Shown here: in pieces, positions 1-14,600 of the stretch
Position numbering within the stretch: position 1 is the stretch's first letter
Layout: every line of letters begins with the position of its first letter
From: Eledone cirrhosa
Lineage: Eukaryota
Direction: 5' to 3'
Assembly: GCA_964016885.1 (NCBI GenBank)
Contig: OZ024740.1
Span: 108,686,001-108,750,000, forward strand
Length of the DNA: 64,000 nucleotides
Notes under the pieces: model-generated
The model's database searches: none
Told to the model about the DNA's origin: nothing
What the model saw: the letters and a program-made list of their open reading frames with translations, nothing else
Made by a program: the position numbers and the translations under genes

Positions 1-289
1 AAGGGTTGATGACATAGGCAGTATCTTTCATTAGAAATATAGTAATGAAAGGGTTGATGACATAGGCAGTGTCTTTCATTAGAAATATAGTAATGAAAGG
101 GTTGATGACATAGGCAGTCTCTTTCATTAGAAATATAGTAATGAAAGGGTTGATGACATAGGCAGTGTCTTTCATATGAAAGGGTTGATGACATAGGCAG
201 TGTCTTTCATTAGAAATATTGTAATGAAAGGGTTGATGACATAGGCAGTGTCTTTCATTAGAAATATTGTAGTGAAAGGGTTGATGACA

Positions 290-3200
290 TAGGCAGTGTC
301 TTTCATTAGAAATATTGTAATGAAAGGGTTGATGACATAGGCAGTGTCTTTCATTAGAAATATAGTAATGAAAGGGTTGATGACATAGGCAGTGTCTTTC
401 ATTAGAAATATTGTAATGAAAGGGTTGATGACATAGGCAGTGTCTTTCATTAGAAATATGGTAATGAAAGGGTTGATGACATAGGCAGTGTCTTTCATTA
501 GAAATATTGTAATGAAAGGGTTGATGACATAGGCAGTGTCTTTCATTAGAAATATTGTACTGAATGGATTAATGACATAGGCAGTGTCTTTCATTAGAAA
601 TATAGTACTGAAAGGGTTGATGACATAGGCAGTATCATCATTAGAAATATAGTAATGAAAGGGTTGATGACATAGGCAGTGTCTTTCATTAGAAATATTG
701 TACTGAATGGATTAATGACATAGGCAGTGTCTTTCATTAGAAGTATAGTAATGAAAGGGTTGATGACATAGGCAGTGTCTTTCATTAGAAATATAGTAAT
801 GAAAGGGTTGATGACATAGGCAGTGTCTTTCATTAGAAATATTGTACTGAATGGATTAATGACATAGGCAGTGTCTTTCATTAGAAATATAGTATTGAAA
901 GGGTTGATGACATAGGCAGTGTCTTTCATTAGAAATATAGTAATGAAAGGGTTGATGACATAGGCAGTATCATCATTAGAAATATAGTAATGAAAGGGTT
1001 GATGACATAGGCAGTGTCTTTCATTAGAAATATTGTAATGAAAGGGTTGATGACATAGGCAGTGTCTTTCATTAGAAATATAGTAATGAAAGGGTTGATG
1101 ACATAGGCAGTGTCTTTCATTAGAAATATAGTAATGAAAAGGTTGATGACATAGGCAGTGTCTTTCATTAGAAATATTGTACTGAATGGATTAATGACAT
1201 AGGCAGTGTCTTTCATTAGAAATATAGTAATGAAAGGGTTGATGACATAGGCAGTGTCATCATTAGAAATATAGTAATGAAAGGGTTGATGACATAGGCA
1301 GTGTCATCATTAGAAATATAGTAATGAAAGGGTTGATGGCATAGGCAGTGTCTTTCATTAGAAATATTGTACTGAATGGATTAATGACATAGGCAGTGTC
1401 ATCATTAGAAATATTGTAATGAAAGGGTTGATGACATAGGCAGTGTCATCATTAGAAATATAGTACTGAAAGGGTTGATGACATAAGCAGTGTCTTTCAT
1501 TAGAAATATAGTAATGTAAGGGTTGATGACATAGGCAGTGTCATCATTAGAAATATAGTAATGAAAGGGTTGATGACATAGGCAGTGTCTTTCATTAGAA
1601 ATATTGTAATGAATGGATTAATGACATAGGCAGTGTCATCATTAGAAATATTGTAATGAAATGGTTGATGACATAGGCAGTATCATCATTAGAAATATAG
1701 TAATGAAAGGGTTGATGACATAGGCAGTGTCTTTCATTAGAAATATTGTACTGAATGGATTAATGACATAGGCAGTGTCTTTCATTAGAAATATAGTATT
1801 GAAAGGGTTGATGACATAGGCAGTGTCTTTCATTAGAAATATAGTAATGAAAGGGTTGATGACATAGGCAGTATCATCATTAGAAATATAGTAATGAAAG
1901 GGTTGATGACATAGGCAGTGTCTTTCATTAGAAATATTGTAATGAAAGGGTTGATGACATAGGCAGTGTCTTTCATTAGAAATATAGTAATGAAAGGGTT
2001 GATGACATAGGCAGTGTCTTTCATTAGAAATATAGTAATGAAAGGGTTGATGACATAGGCTGTGTCTTTCATTAGAAATATTGTAATGAAAAGGTTGATG
2101 ACATAGGCAGTGTCTTTCATTAGAAATATAGTAATGAAAGGGTTGATGACATTTGCAGTGTCTTTCATTAGAAATATAGTAATGAAAGGGTTAATGACAT
2201 AGGCAGTGTCTTTCATTAGAAATGAGGTAAGTAAAGGGTTGATGACATAGGCAGTGTCTTTCATTAGAAATATTGTAATGAATGGATTAATGACATAGGC
2301 AATGTCATCATTAGAAATATTGTAATGCAAGGGTTCATGACATAGGCAGTGCCTTTCATTAGAAATGAGGTAAGTAAAGGGTTGATGACATAGGCAGTGT
2401 CTTTCATTAGAAATATTGTACTGAATGGATTAATGACATAGGCAGTGTCATCATTAGAAATATTGTAATGAAAGGGTTGATGACATAGGCAGTGTCATCA
2501 TTAGAAATATAGTAATGAAAGGGTTGATGACATAGGCAGTGTCTTTCATTAGAAATATTGTACTGAATGGATTAATGACATAGGCAGTGTCATCATTAGA
2601 AATATTGTAATGAAAGGGTTGATGACATAGGCAGTGTCATCATTAGAAATATAGTACTGAAAGGGTTGATGACATAAGCAGTGTCTTTCATTAGAAATAT
2701 TGTAATGAAAGGGTTGATGACATAGGCAGTATCATCATTAGAAATATAGTAATGAAAGGGTTGATGACATAGGCAGTGTCTTTCATTAGAAATATAGTAA
2801 TGAAAGGGTTGATGACATAGGCAGTATCTTTCATTAGAAATATAGTAATGAAAGGGTTGATGACATAGGCAGTGTCTTTCATTAGAAATATAGTAATGAA
2901 AGGTTTGATGACATAGGCAGTATCTTTCATTAGAAATATAGTAATGAAAGGGTTGATGACATAGGCAGTGTCTTTCATTAGAAATATAGTACTGAAAGGG
3001 TTGATGACATAGGCAGTGTCTTTCATTAGAAATATAGTAATGAAAGGGTTGATGACATAGGCAGTGTCTTTCATTAGAAATATAGTAATGAAAGGGTTGA
3101 TGACATAGGCAGTGTCTTTCATTAGAAATATAGTAATGAAAGGGTTGATGACATAGGCAGTATCTTTCATTAGAAATATAGTAATGAAAGGGTTGATGAC

Positions 3201-6200
3201 ATAGGCAGTGTCTTTCATTAGAAATATAGTAATGAAAGGGTTGATGACATAGGCAGTCTCTTTCATTAGAAATATAGTAATGAAAGGGTTGATGACATAG
3301 GCAGTGTCTTTCATATGAAAGGGTTGATGACATAGGCAGTGTCTTTCATTAGAAATATTGTAATGAAAGGGTTGATGACATAGGCAGTGTCTTTCATTAG
3401 AAATATTGTAGTGAAAGGGTTGATGACATAGGCAGTGTCTTTCATTAGAAATATTGTAATGAAAGGGTTGATGACATAGGCAGTGTCTTTCATTAGAAAT
3501 ATAGTAATGAAAGGGTTGATGACATAGGCAGTGTCTTTCATTAGAAATATTGTAATGAAAGGGTTGATGACATAGGCAGTGTCTTTCATTAGAAATATTG
3601 TAATGAAAGGGTTGATGACATAGGCAGTGTCTTTCATTAGAAATATTGTAATGAAAGGGTTGATGACATAGGCAGTGTCTTTCATTAGAAATATTGTACT
3701 GAATGGATTAATGACATAGGCAGTGTCTTTCATTAGAAATATAGTACTGAAAGGGTTGATGACATAGGCAGTATCATCATTAGAAATATAGTAATGAAAG
3801 GGTTGATGACATAGGCAGTGTCTTTCATTAGAAATATTGTACTGAATGGATTAATGACATAGGCAGTGTCTTTCATTAGAAGTATAGTAATGAAAGGGTT
3901 GATGACATAGGCAGTGTCTTTCATTAGAAATATAGTAATGAAAGGGTTGATGACATAGGCACTGTCTTTCATTAGAAATATTGTACTGAATGGATTAATG
4001 ACATAGGCAGTGTCTTTCATTAGAAATATAGTATTGAAAGGGTTGATGACATAGGCAGTGTCTTTCATTAGAAATATAGTAATGAAAGGGTTGATGACAT
4101 AGGCAGTATCATCATTAGAAGTATAGTAATGAAAGGGTTGATGACATAGGCAGTGTCTTTCATTAGAAATATTGTAATGAAAGGGTTGATGACATAGGCA
4201 GTGTCTTTCATTAGAAATATAGTAATGAAAGGGTTGATGACATAGGCAGTGTCTTTCATTAGAAATATAGTAATGAAAGGGTTGATGACATAGGCTGTGT
4301 CTTTCATTAGAAATATTGTAATGAAAAGGTTAATGACATAGGCAGTGTCTTTCATTAGAAATATAGTAATGAAAGGGTTAATGACATAGGCAGTGTCTTT
4401 CATTAGAAATGAGGTAAGTAAAGGGTTGATGACATAGGCAGTGTCTTTCATTAGAAATATTGTAATGAATGGATTAATGACATAGGCAATGTCATCATTA
4501 GAAATATTGTAATGCAAGGGTTCATGACATAGGCAGTGCCTTTCATTAGAAATGAGGTAAGTAAAGGGTTGATGACATAGGCAGTGTCTTTCATTAGAAA
4601 TATTGTACTGAATGGATTAATGACATAGGCAGTGTTATCATTAGAAATATTGTAATGAAAGGGTTGATGACATAGGCAGTGTCATCATTAGAAATATAGT
4701 AATGAAAGGGTTGATGACATAGGCAGTGTCTTTCATTAGAAATATTGTACTGAATGGATTAATGACATAGGCAGTGTCATCATTAGAAATATAGTACTGA
4801 AAGTGTTGATGACATAAGCAGTGTCTTTCATTAGAAATATTGTAATGAAAGGGTTGATGACATAGGCAGTGTCATCATTAGAAATATAGTAATGAAAGGG
4901 TTGATGACATAGGCAGTGTCTTTCATTAGAAATATTGTAATGAAAGGGTTGATGACATAGGCAGTGTCTTTCATTAGAAATATTGTACTGAATGGATTAA
5001 TGACATAGGCAGTGTCATCATTAGAAATATTGTAATGAAATGGTTGATGACATAGGCAGTGTCATCATTAGAAATATAGTAATGAAAGGGTTGATGACAT
5101 AGGCAGTATCACCATTAGAAATATAGTAATGAAAGGGTTGATGACATAGGCAGTGTCTTTCATTAGAAATATTGTACTGAATGGATTAATGACATAGGCA
5201 GTGTCTTTCATTAGAAATATAGTAATGAAAGGGTTGATGACATAGGCAGTGTCATCATTAGAAATATAGTAATGAAAGGGTTGATGACATAGGCAGTGTC
5301 ATCATTAGAAATATAGTAATGAAAGGGTTGATGACATAGGCAGTGTCTTTCATTAGAAATATTGTACTGAATGGATTAATGACATAGGCAGTGTCATCAT
5401 TAGAAATATTGTAATGAAAGGGTTGATGACATAGGCAGTGTCATCATTAGAAATATAGTACTGAAAGGGTTGATGACATAAGCAGTGTCTTTCATTAGAA
5501 ATATAGTAATGAAAGGGTTGATGACATAGGCAGTGTCATCATTAGAAATATAGTAATGAAAGGGTTGATGACATAGCCAGTGTCTTTCATTAGAAATATT
5601 GTAATGAATGGATTAATGACATAGGCAGTGTCATCATTAGAAATATTGTAATGAAATGGTTGATGACATAGGCAGTATCATCATTAGAAATATAGTAATG
5701 AAAGGGTTGATGACATAGGCAGTGTCTTTCATTAGAAATATTGTACTGAATGGATTAATGACATAGGCAGTGTCTTTCATGAGAAATATAGTATTGAAAG
5801 GGTTGATGACATAGGCAGTGTCTTTCATTAGAAATATAGTAATGAAAGGGTTGATGACATAGGCAGTATCATCATTAGAAATATAGTAATGAAAGGGTTG
5901 ATGACATAGGCAGTGTCTTTCATTAGAAATATTGTAATGAAAGGGTTGATGACATAGGCAGTGTCTTTCATTAGAAATATAGTAATGAAAGGGTTGATGA
6001 CATAGGCAGTGTCTTTCATTAGAAATATTGTAATGAAAGGGTTGATGACATAGGCAGTGTCTTTCATTAGAAATATGGTAATGAAAGGGTTGATGACATA
6101 GGCAGTGTCTTTCATTAGAAATATTGTAATGAAAGGGTTGATGACATAGGCAGTGTCTTTCATTAGAAATATTGTACTGAATGGATTAATGACATAGGCA

Positions 6201-9200
6201 GTGTCTTTCATTAGAAATATAGTACTGAAAGGGTTGATGACATAGGCAGTATCATCATTAGAAATATAGTAATGAAAGGGTTGATGACATAGGCAGTGTC
6301 TTTCATTAGAAATATTGTACTGAATGGATTAATGACATAGGCAGTGTCTTTCATTAGAAGTATAGTAATGAAAGGGTTGATGACATAGGCAGTGTCTTTC
6401 ATTAGAAATATAGTAATGAAAGGGTTGATGACATAGGCAGTGTCTTTCATTAGAAATATTGTACTGAATGGATTAATGACATAGGCAGTGTCTTTCATTA
6501 GAAATATAGTATTGAAAGGGTTGATGACATAGGCAGTGTCTTTCATTAGAAATATAGTAATGAAAGGGTTGATGACATAGGCAGTATCATCATTAGAAAT
6601 ATAGTAATGAAAGGGTTGATGACATAGGCAGTGTCTTTCATTAGAAATATTGTAATGAAAGGGTTGATGACATAGGCAGTGTCTTTCATTAGAAATATAG
6701 TAATGAAAGGGTTGATGACATAGGCAGTGTCTTTCATTAGAAATATAGTAATGAAAAGGTTGATGACATAGGCAGTGTCTTTCATTAGAAATATTGTACT
6801 GAATGGATTAATGACATAGGCAGTGTCTTTCATTAGAAATATAGTAATGAAAGGGTTGATGACATAGGCAGTGTCATCATTAGAAATATAGTAATGAAAG
6901 GGTTGATGACATAGGCAGTGTCATCATTAGAAATATAGTAATGAAAGGGTTGATGACATAGGCAGTGTCTTTCATTAGAAATATTGTACTGAATGGATTA
7001 ATGACATAGGCAGTGTCATCATTAGAAATATTGTAATGAAAGGGTTGATGACATAGGCAGTGTCATCATTAGAAATATAGTACTGAAAGGGTTGATGACA
7101 TAAGCAGTGTCTTTCATTAGAAATATAGTAATGTAAGGGTTGATGACATAGGCAGTGTCATCATTAGAAATATAGTAATGAAAGGGTTGATGACATAGGC
7201 AGTGTCTTTCATTAGAAATATTGTAATGAATGGATTAATGACATAGGCAGTGTCATCATTAGAAATATTGTAATGAAATGGTTGATGACATAGGCAGTAT
7301 CATCATTAGAAATATAGTAATGAAAGGGTTGATGACATAGGCAGTGTCTTTCATTAGAAATATTGTACTGAATGGATTAATGACATAGGCAGTGTCTTTC
7401 ATTAGAAATATAGTATTGAAAGGGTTGATGACATAGGCAGTGTCTTTCATTAGAAATATAGTAATGAAAGGGTTGATGACATAGGCAGTATCATCATTAG
7501 AAATATAGTAATGAAAGGGTTGATGACATAGGCAGTGTCTTTCATTAGAAATATTGTAATGAAAGGGTTGATGACATAGGCAGTGTCTTTCATTAGAAAT
7601 ATAGTAATGAAAGGGTTGATGACATAGGCAGTGTCTTTCATTAGAAATATAGTAATGAAAGGGTTGATGACATAGGCTGTGTCTTTCATTAGAAATATTG
7701 TAATGAAAAGGTTGATGACATAGGCAGTGTCTTTCATTAGAAATATAGTAATGAAAGGGTTGATGACATTTGCAGTGTCTTTCATTAGAAATATAGTAAT
7801 GAAAGGGTTAATGACATAGGCAGTGTCTTTCATTAGAAATGAGGTAAGTAAAGGGTTGATGACATAGGCAGTGTCTTTCATTAGAAATATTGTAATGAAT
7901 GGATTAATGACATAGGCAATGTCATCATTAGAAATATTGTAATGCAAGGGTTCCTGACATAGGCAGTGCCTTTCATTAGAAATGAGGTAAGTAAAGGGTT
8001 GATGACATAGGCAGTGTCTTTCATTAGAAATATTGTACTGAATGGATTAATGACATAGGCAGTGTCATCATTAGAAATATTGTAATGAAAGGGTTGATGA
8101 CATAGGCAGTGTCATCATTAGAAATATAGTAATGAAAGGGTTGATGACATAGGCAGTGTCTTTCATTAGAAATATTGTACTGAATGGATTAATGACATAG
8201 GCAGTGTCATCATTAGAAATATTGTAATGAAAGGGTTGATGACATAGGCAGTGTCATCATTAGAAATATAGTACTGAAAGGGTTGATGACATAAGCAGTG
8301 TCTTTCATTAGAAATATTGTAATGAAAGGGTTGATGACATAGGCAGTATCATCATTAGAAATATAGTAATGAAAGGGTTGATGACATAGGCAGTGTCTTT
8401 CATTAGAAATATAGTAATGAAAGGGTTGATGACATAGGCAGTATCTTTCATTAGAAATATAGTAATGAAAGGGTTGATGACATAGGCAGTGTCTTTCATT
8501 AGAAATATAGTAATGAAAGGTTTGATGACATAGGCAGTATCTTTCATTAGAAATATAGTAATGAAAGGGTTGATGACATAGGCAGTGTCTTTCATTAGAA
8601 ATATAGTACTGAAAGGGTTGATGACATAGGCAGTGTCTTTCATTAGAAATATAGTAATGAAAGGGTTGATGACATAGGCAGTGTCTTTCATTAGAAATAT
8701 AGTAATGAAAGGGTTGATGACATAGGCAGTGTCTTTCATTAGAAATATAGTAATGAAAGGGTTGATGACATAGGCAGTATCTTTCATTAGAAATATAGTA
8801 ATGAAAGGGTTGATGACATAGGCAGTGTCTTTCATTAGAAATATAGTAATGAAAGGGTTGATGACATAGGCAGTCTCTTTCATTAGAAATATAGTAATGA
8901 AAGGGTTGATGACATAGGCAGTGTCTTTCATATGAAAGGGTTGATGACATAGGCAGTGTCTTTCATTAGAAATATTGTAATGAAAGGGTTGATGACATAG
9001 GCAGTGTCTTTCATTAGAAATATTGTAGTGAAAGGGTTGATGACATAGGCAGTGTCTTTCATTAGAAATATTGTAATGAAAGGGTTGATGACATAGGCAG
9101 TGTCTTTCATTAGAAATATAGTAATGAAAGGGTTGATGACATAGGCAGTGTCTTTCATTAGAAATATTGTAATGAAAGGGTTGATGACATAGGCAGTGTC

Positions 9201-11640
9201 TTTCATTAGAAATATTGTAATGAAAGGGTTGATGACATAGGCAGTGTCTTTCATTAGAAATATTGTAATGAAAGGGTTGATGACATAGGCAGTGTCTTTC
9301 ATTAGAAATATTGTACTGAATGGATTAATGACATAGGCAGTGTCTTTCATTAGAAATATAGTACTGAAAGGGTTGATGACATAGGCAGTATCATCATTAG
9401 AAATATAGTAATGAAAGGGTTGATGACATAGGCAGTGTCTTTCATTAGAAATATTGTACTGAATGGATTAATGACATAGGCAGTGTCTTTCATTAGAAGT
9501 ATAGTAATGAAAGGGTTGATGACATAGGCAGTGTCTTTCATTAGAAATATAGTAATGAAAGGGTTGATGACATAGGCAGTGTCTTTCATTAGAAATATTG
9601 TACTGAATGGATTAATGACATAGGCAGTGTCTTTCATTAGAAATATAGTATTGAAAGGGTTGATGACATAGGCAGTGTCTTTCATTAGAAATATAGTAAT
9701 GAAAGGGTTGATGACATAGGCAGTATCATCATTAGAAGTATAGTAATGAAAGGGTTGATGACATAGGCAGTGTCTTTCATTAGAAATATTGTAATGAAAG
9801 GGTTGATGACATAGGCAGTGTCTTTCATTAGAAATATAGTAATGAAAGGGTTGATGACATAGGCAGTGTCTTTCATTAGAAATATAGTAATGAAAGGGTT
9901 GATGACATAGGCTGTGTCTTTCATTAGAAATATTGTAATGAAAAGGTTGATGACATAGGCAGTGTCTTTCATTAGAAATATAGTAATGAAAGGGTTAATG
10001 ACATAGGCAGTGTCTTTCATTAGAAATGAGGTAAGTAAAGGGTTGATGACATAGGCAGTGTCTTTCATTAGAAATATTGTAATGAATGGATTAATGACAT
10101 AGGCAATGTCATCATTAGAAATATTGTAATGCAAGGGTTCATGACATAGGCAGTGCCTTTCATTAGAAATGAGGTAAGTAAAGGGTTGATGACATAGGCA
10201 GTGTCTTTCATTAGAAATATTGTACTGAATGGATTAATGACATAGGCAGTGTCATCATTAGAAATATTGTAATGAAAGGGTTGATGACATAGGCAGTGTC
10301 ATCATTAGAAATATAGTAATGAAAGGGTTGATGACATAGGCAGTGTCTTTCATTAGAAATATTGTACTGAATGGATTAATGACATAGGCAGTGTCATCAT
10401 TAGAAATATAGTACTGAAAGTGTTGATGACATAAGCAGTGTCTTTCATTAGAAATATTGTAATGAAAGGGTTGATGACATAGGCAGTGTCATCATTAGAA
10501 ATATAGTAATGAAAGGGTTGATGACATAGGCAGTGTCTTTCATTAGAAATATTGTAATGAAAGGGTTGATGACATAGGCAGTGTCTTTCATTAGAAATAT
10601 TGTACTGAATGGATTAATGACATAGGCAGTGTCATCATTAGAAATATTGTAATGAAATGGTTGATGACATAGGCAGTGTCATCATTAGAAATATAGTAAT
10701 GAAAGGGTTGATGACATAGGCAGTATCACCATTAGAAATATAGTAATGAAAGGGTTGATGACATAGGCAGTGTCTTTCATTAGAAATATTGTACTGAATG
10801 GATTAATGACATAGGCAGTGTCTTTCATTAGAAATATAGTAATGAAAGGGTTGATGACATAGGCAGTGTCATCATTAGAAATATAGTAATGAAAGGGTTG
10901 ATGACATAGGCAGTGTCATCATTAGAAATATAGTAATGAAAGGGTTGATGACATAGGCAGTGTCTTTCATTAGAAATATTGTACTGAATGGATTAATGAC
11001 ATAGGCAGTGTCATCATTAGAAATATTGTAATGAAAGGGTTGATGACATAGGCAGTGTCATCATTAGAAATATAGTACTGAAAGGGTTGATGACATAAGC
11101 AGTGTCTTTCATTAGAAATATAGTAATGAAAGGGTTGATGACATAGGCAGTGTCATCATTAGAAATATAGTAATGAAAGGGTTGATGACATAGGCAGTGT
11201 CTTTCATTAGAAATATTGTAATGAATGGATTAATGACATAGGCAGTGTCATCATTAGAAATATTGTAATGAAATGGTTGATGACATAGGCAGTATCATCA
11301 TTAGAAATATAGTAATGAAAGGTTTGATGACATAGGCAGTGTCTTTCATTAGAAATATTGTACTGAATGGATTAATGACATAGGCAGTGTCTTTCATGAG
11401 AAATATAGTATTGAAAGGGTTGATGACATAGGCAGTGTCTTTCATTAGAAATATAGTAATGAAAGGGTTGATGACATAGGCAGTATCATCATTAGAAATA
11501 TAGTAATGAAAGGGTTGATGACATAGGCAGTGTCTTTCATTAGAAATATTGTAATGAAAGGGTTGATGACATAGGCAGTGTCTTTCATTAGAAATATAGT
11601 AATGAAAGGGTTGATGACATAGGCAGTGTCTTTCATTAGA
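290..11640. repeat. Higher-order tandem duplication of satellite, period 5,617 bp (about 2 copies; ends approximate)
   Basis: ORF-track landmarks recur at a constant offset: 594/6211, 929/6546, 1642/7259, 2596/8213, 3311/8928, 4068/9685, 5637/11254. Rare marker ATATGG at 460/6077. Confidence 0.9.
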
Positions 11641-14600
11641 AATATAGTAATGAAAGGGTTGATGACATAGGCTGTGTCTTTCATTAGAAATATTGTAATG
11701 AAAAGGTTGATGACATAGGCAGTGTCTTTCATTAGAAATATAGTAATGAAAGGGTTGATGACATTTGCAGTGTCTTTCATTAGAAATATAGTAATGAAAG
11801 GGTTAATGACATAGGCAGTGTCTTTCATTAGAAATGAGGTAAGTAAAGGGTTGATGACATAGGCAGTGTCTTTCATTAGAAATATTGTAATGAATGGATT
11901 TATGACATAGGCAATGTCATCATTAGAAATATTGTAATGCAAGGGTTCATGACATAGGCAGTGCCTTTCATTAGAAATGAGGTAAGTAAAGGGTTGATGA
12001 CATAGGCAGTGTCTTTCATTAGAAATATTGTACTGAATGGATTAATGACATAGGCAGTGTCATCATTAGAAATATAGTACTGAAAGGGTTGATGACATAA
12101 GCAGTGTCTTTCATTAGAAATATTGTAATGAAAGGGTTGATGACATAGGCAGTGTCATCATTAGAAATATAGTAATGAAAGGGTTGATGACATAGGCAGT
12201 GTCTTTCATTAGAAATATTGTAATGAAAGGGTTGATGACATAGGCAGTGTCTTTCATTAGAAATATTGTACTGAATGGATTAATGACATAGGCAGTGTCA
12301 TCATTAGAAATATTGTAATGAAATGGTTGATGACATAGGCAGTGTCATCATTAGAAATATAGTAATGAAAGGGTTGATGACATAGGCAGTATCATCATTA
12401 GAAATATAGTAATGAAAGGGTTGATGACATAGGCAGTGTCTTTCATTAGAAATATAGTAATGAAAGGGTTGATGACATAGGCAGTGTCTTTCATTAGAAA
12501 TATTGTACTGAATGGATTAATGACATAGGCAGTGTCTTTCATTAGAAATATAGTAATGAAAGGGTTGATGACATAGGCAGTGTCATCATTAGAAATATAG
12601 TAATGAAAGGGTTGATGACATAGGCAGTGTCATCATTAGAAATATAGTAATGAAAGGGTTGATGACATAGGCAGTGTCTTTCATTAGAAATATTGTACTG
12701 AATGGATTAATGACATAGGCAGTGTCATCATTAGAAATATTGTAATGAAAGGGTTGATGACATAGGCAGTGTCATCATTAGAAATATAGTACTGAAAGGG
12801 TTGATGACATAAGCAGTGTCTTTCATTAGAAATATAGTAATGAAAGGGTTGATGACATAGGCAGTGTCATCATTAGAAATATAGTAATGAAAGGGTTGAT
12901 GACATAGGCAGTGTCTTTCATTAGAAATATTGTAATGAATGGATTAATGACATAGGCAGTGTCATCATTAGAAATATTGTAATGAAATGGTTGATGACAT
13001 AGGCAGTATCATCATTAGAAATATAGTAATGAAAGGGTTGATGACATAGGCAGTGTCTTTCATTAGAAATATTGTACTGAATGGATTAATGACATAGGCA
13101 GTGTCTTTCATGAGAAATATAGTATTGAAAGGGTTGATGACATAGGCAGTGTCTTTCATTAGAAATATAGTAATGAAAGGGTTGATGACATAGGCAGTAT
13201 CATCATTAGAAATATAGTAATGAAAGGGTTGATGACATAGGCAGTGTCTTTCATTAGAAATATAGTAGTGAAAGGGTTAATGACATAGGCAGTGTCTTTC
13301 ATTAGAAATGAGGTAAGTAAAGGGTTGATGACATAGGCAGTGTCTTTCATTAGAAATATTGTAATGAATGGATTAATGACATAGGCAATGTCATCATTAG
13401 AAATATTGTAATGCAAGGGTTCATGACATAGGCAGTGCCTTTCATTAGAAATGAGGTAAGTAAAGGGTTGATGACATAGGCAGTGTCTTTCATTAGAAAT
13501 ATTGTACTGAATGGATTAATGACATAGGCAGTGTCATCATTAGAAATATTGTAATGAAAGGGTTGATGACATAGGCAGTGTCATCATTAGAAATATAGTA
13601 ATGAAAGGGTTGATGACATAGGCAGTGTCTTTCATTAGAAATATTGTACTGAATGGATTAATGACATAGGCAGTGTCATCATTAGAAATATAGTACTGAA
13701 AGGGTTGATGACATAAGCAGTGTCTTTCATTAGAAATATTGTAATGAAAGGGTTGATGACATAGGCAGTGTCATCATTAGAAATATAGTAATGAAAGGGT
13801 TGATGACATAGGCAGTGTCTTTCATTAGAAATATTGTAATGAAAGGGTTGATGACATAGGCAGTGTCTTTCATTAGAAATATTGTACTGAATGGATTAAT
13901 GACATAGGCAGTGTCATCATTAGAAATATTGTAATGAAATGGTTGATGACATAGGCAGTGTCATCATTAGAAATATAGTAATGAAAGGGTTGATGACATA
14001 GGCAGTATCATCATTAGAAATATAGTAATGAAAGGGTTGATGACATAGGCAGTGTCTTTCATTAGAAATATAGTAATGAAAGGGTTGATGACATAGGCAG
14101 TGTCTTTCATTAGAAATATTGTACTGAATGGATTAATGACATAGGCAGTGTCTTTCATTAGAAATATAGTAATGAAAGGGTTGATGACATAGGCAGTGTC
14201 ATCATTAGAAATATAGTAATGAAAGGGTTGATGACATAGGCAGTGTCATCATTAGAAATATAGTAATGAAAGGGTTGATGACATAGGCAGTGTCTTTCAT
14301 TAGAAATATTGTACTGAATGGATTAATGACATAGGCAGTGTCATCATTAGAAATATTGTAATGAAAGGGTTGATGACATAGGCAGTGTCATCATTAGAAA
14401 TATAGTACTGAAAGGGTTGATGACATAAGCAGTGTCTTTCATTAGAAATATAGTAATGAAAGGGTTGATGACATAGGCAGTGTCATCATTAGAAATATAG
14501 TAATGAAAGGGTTGATGACATAGGCAGTGTCTTTCATTAGAAATATTGTAATGAATGGATTAATGACATAGGCAGTGTCATCATTAGAAATATTGTAATG

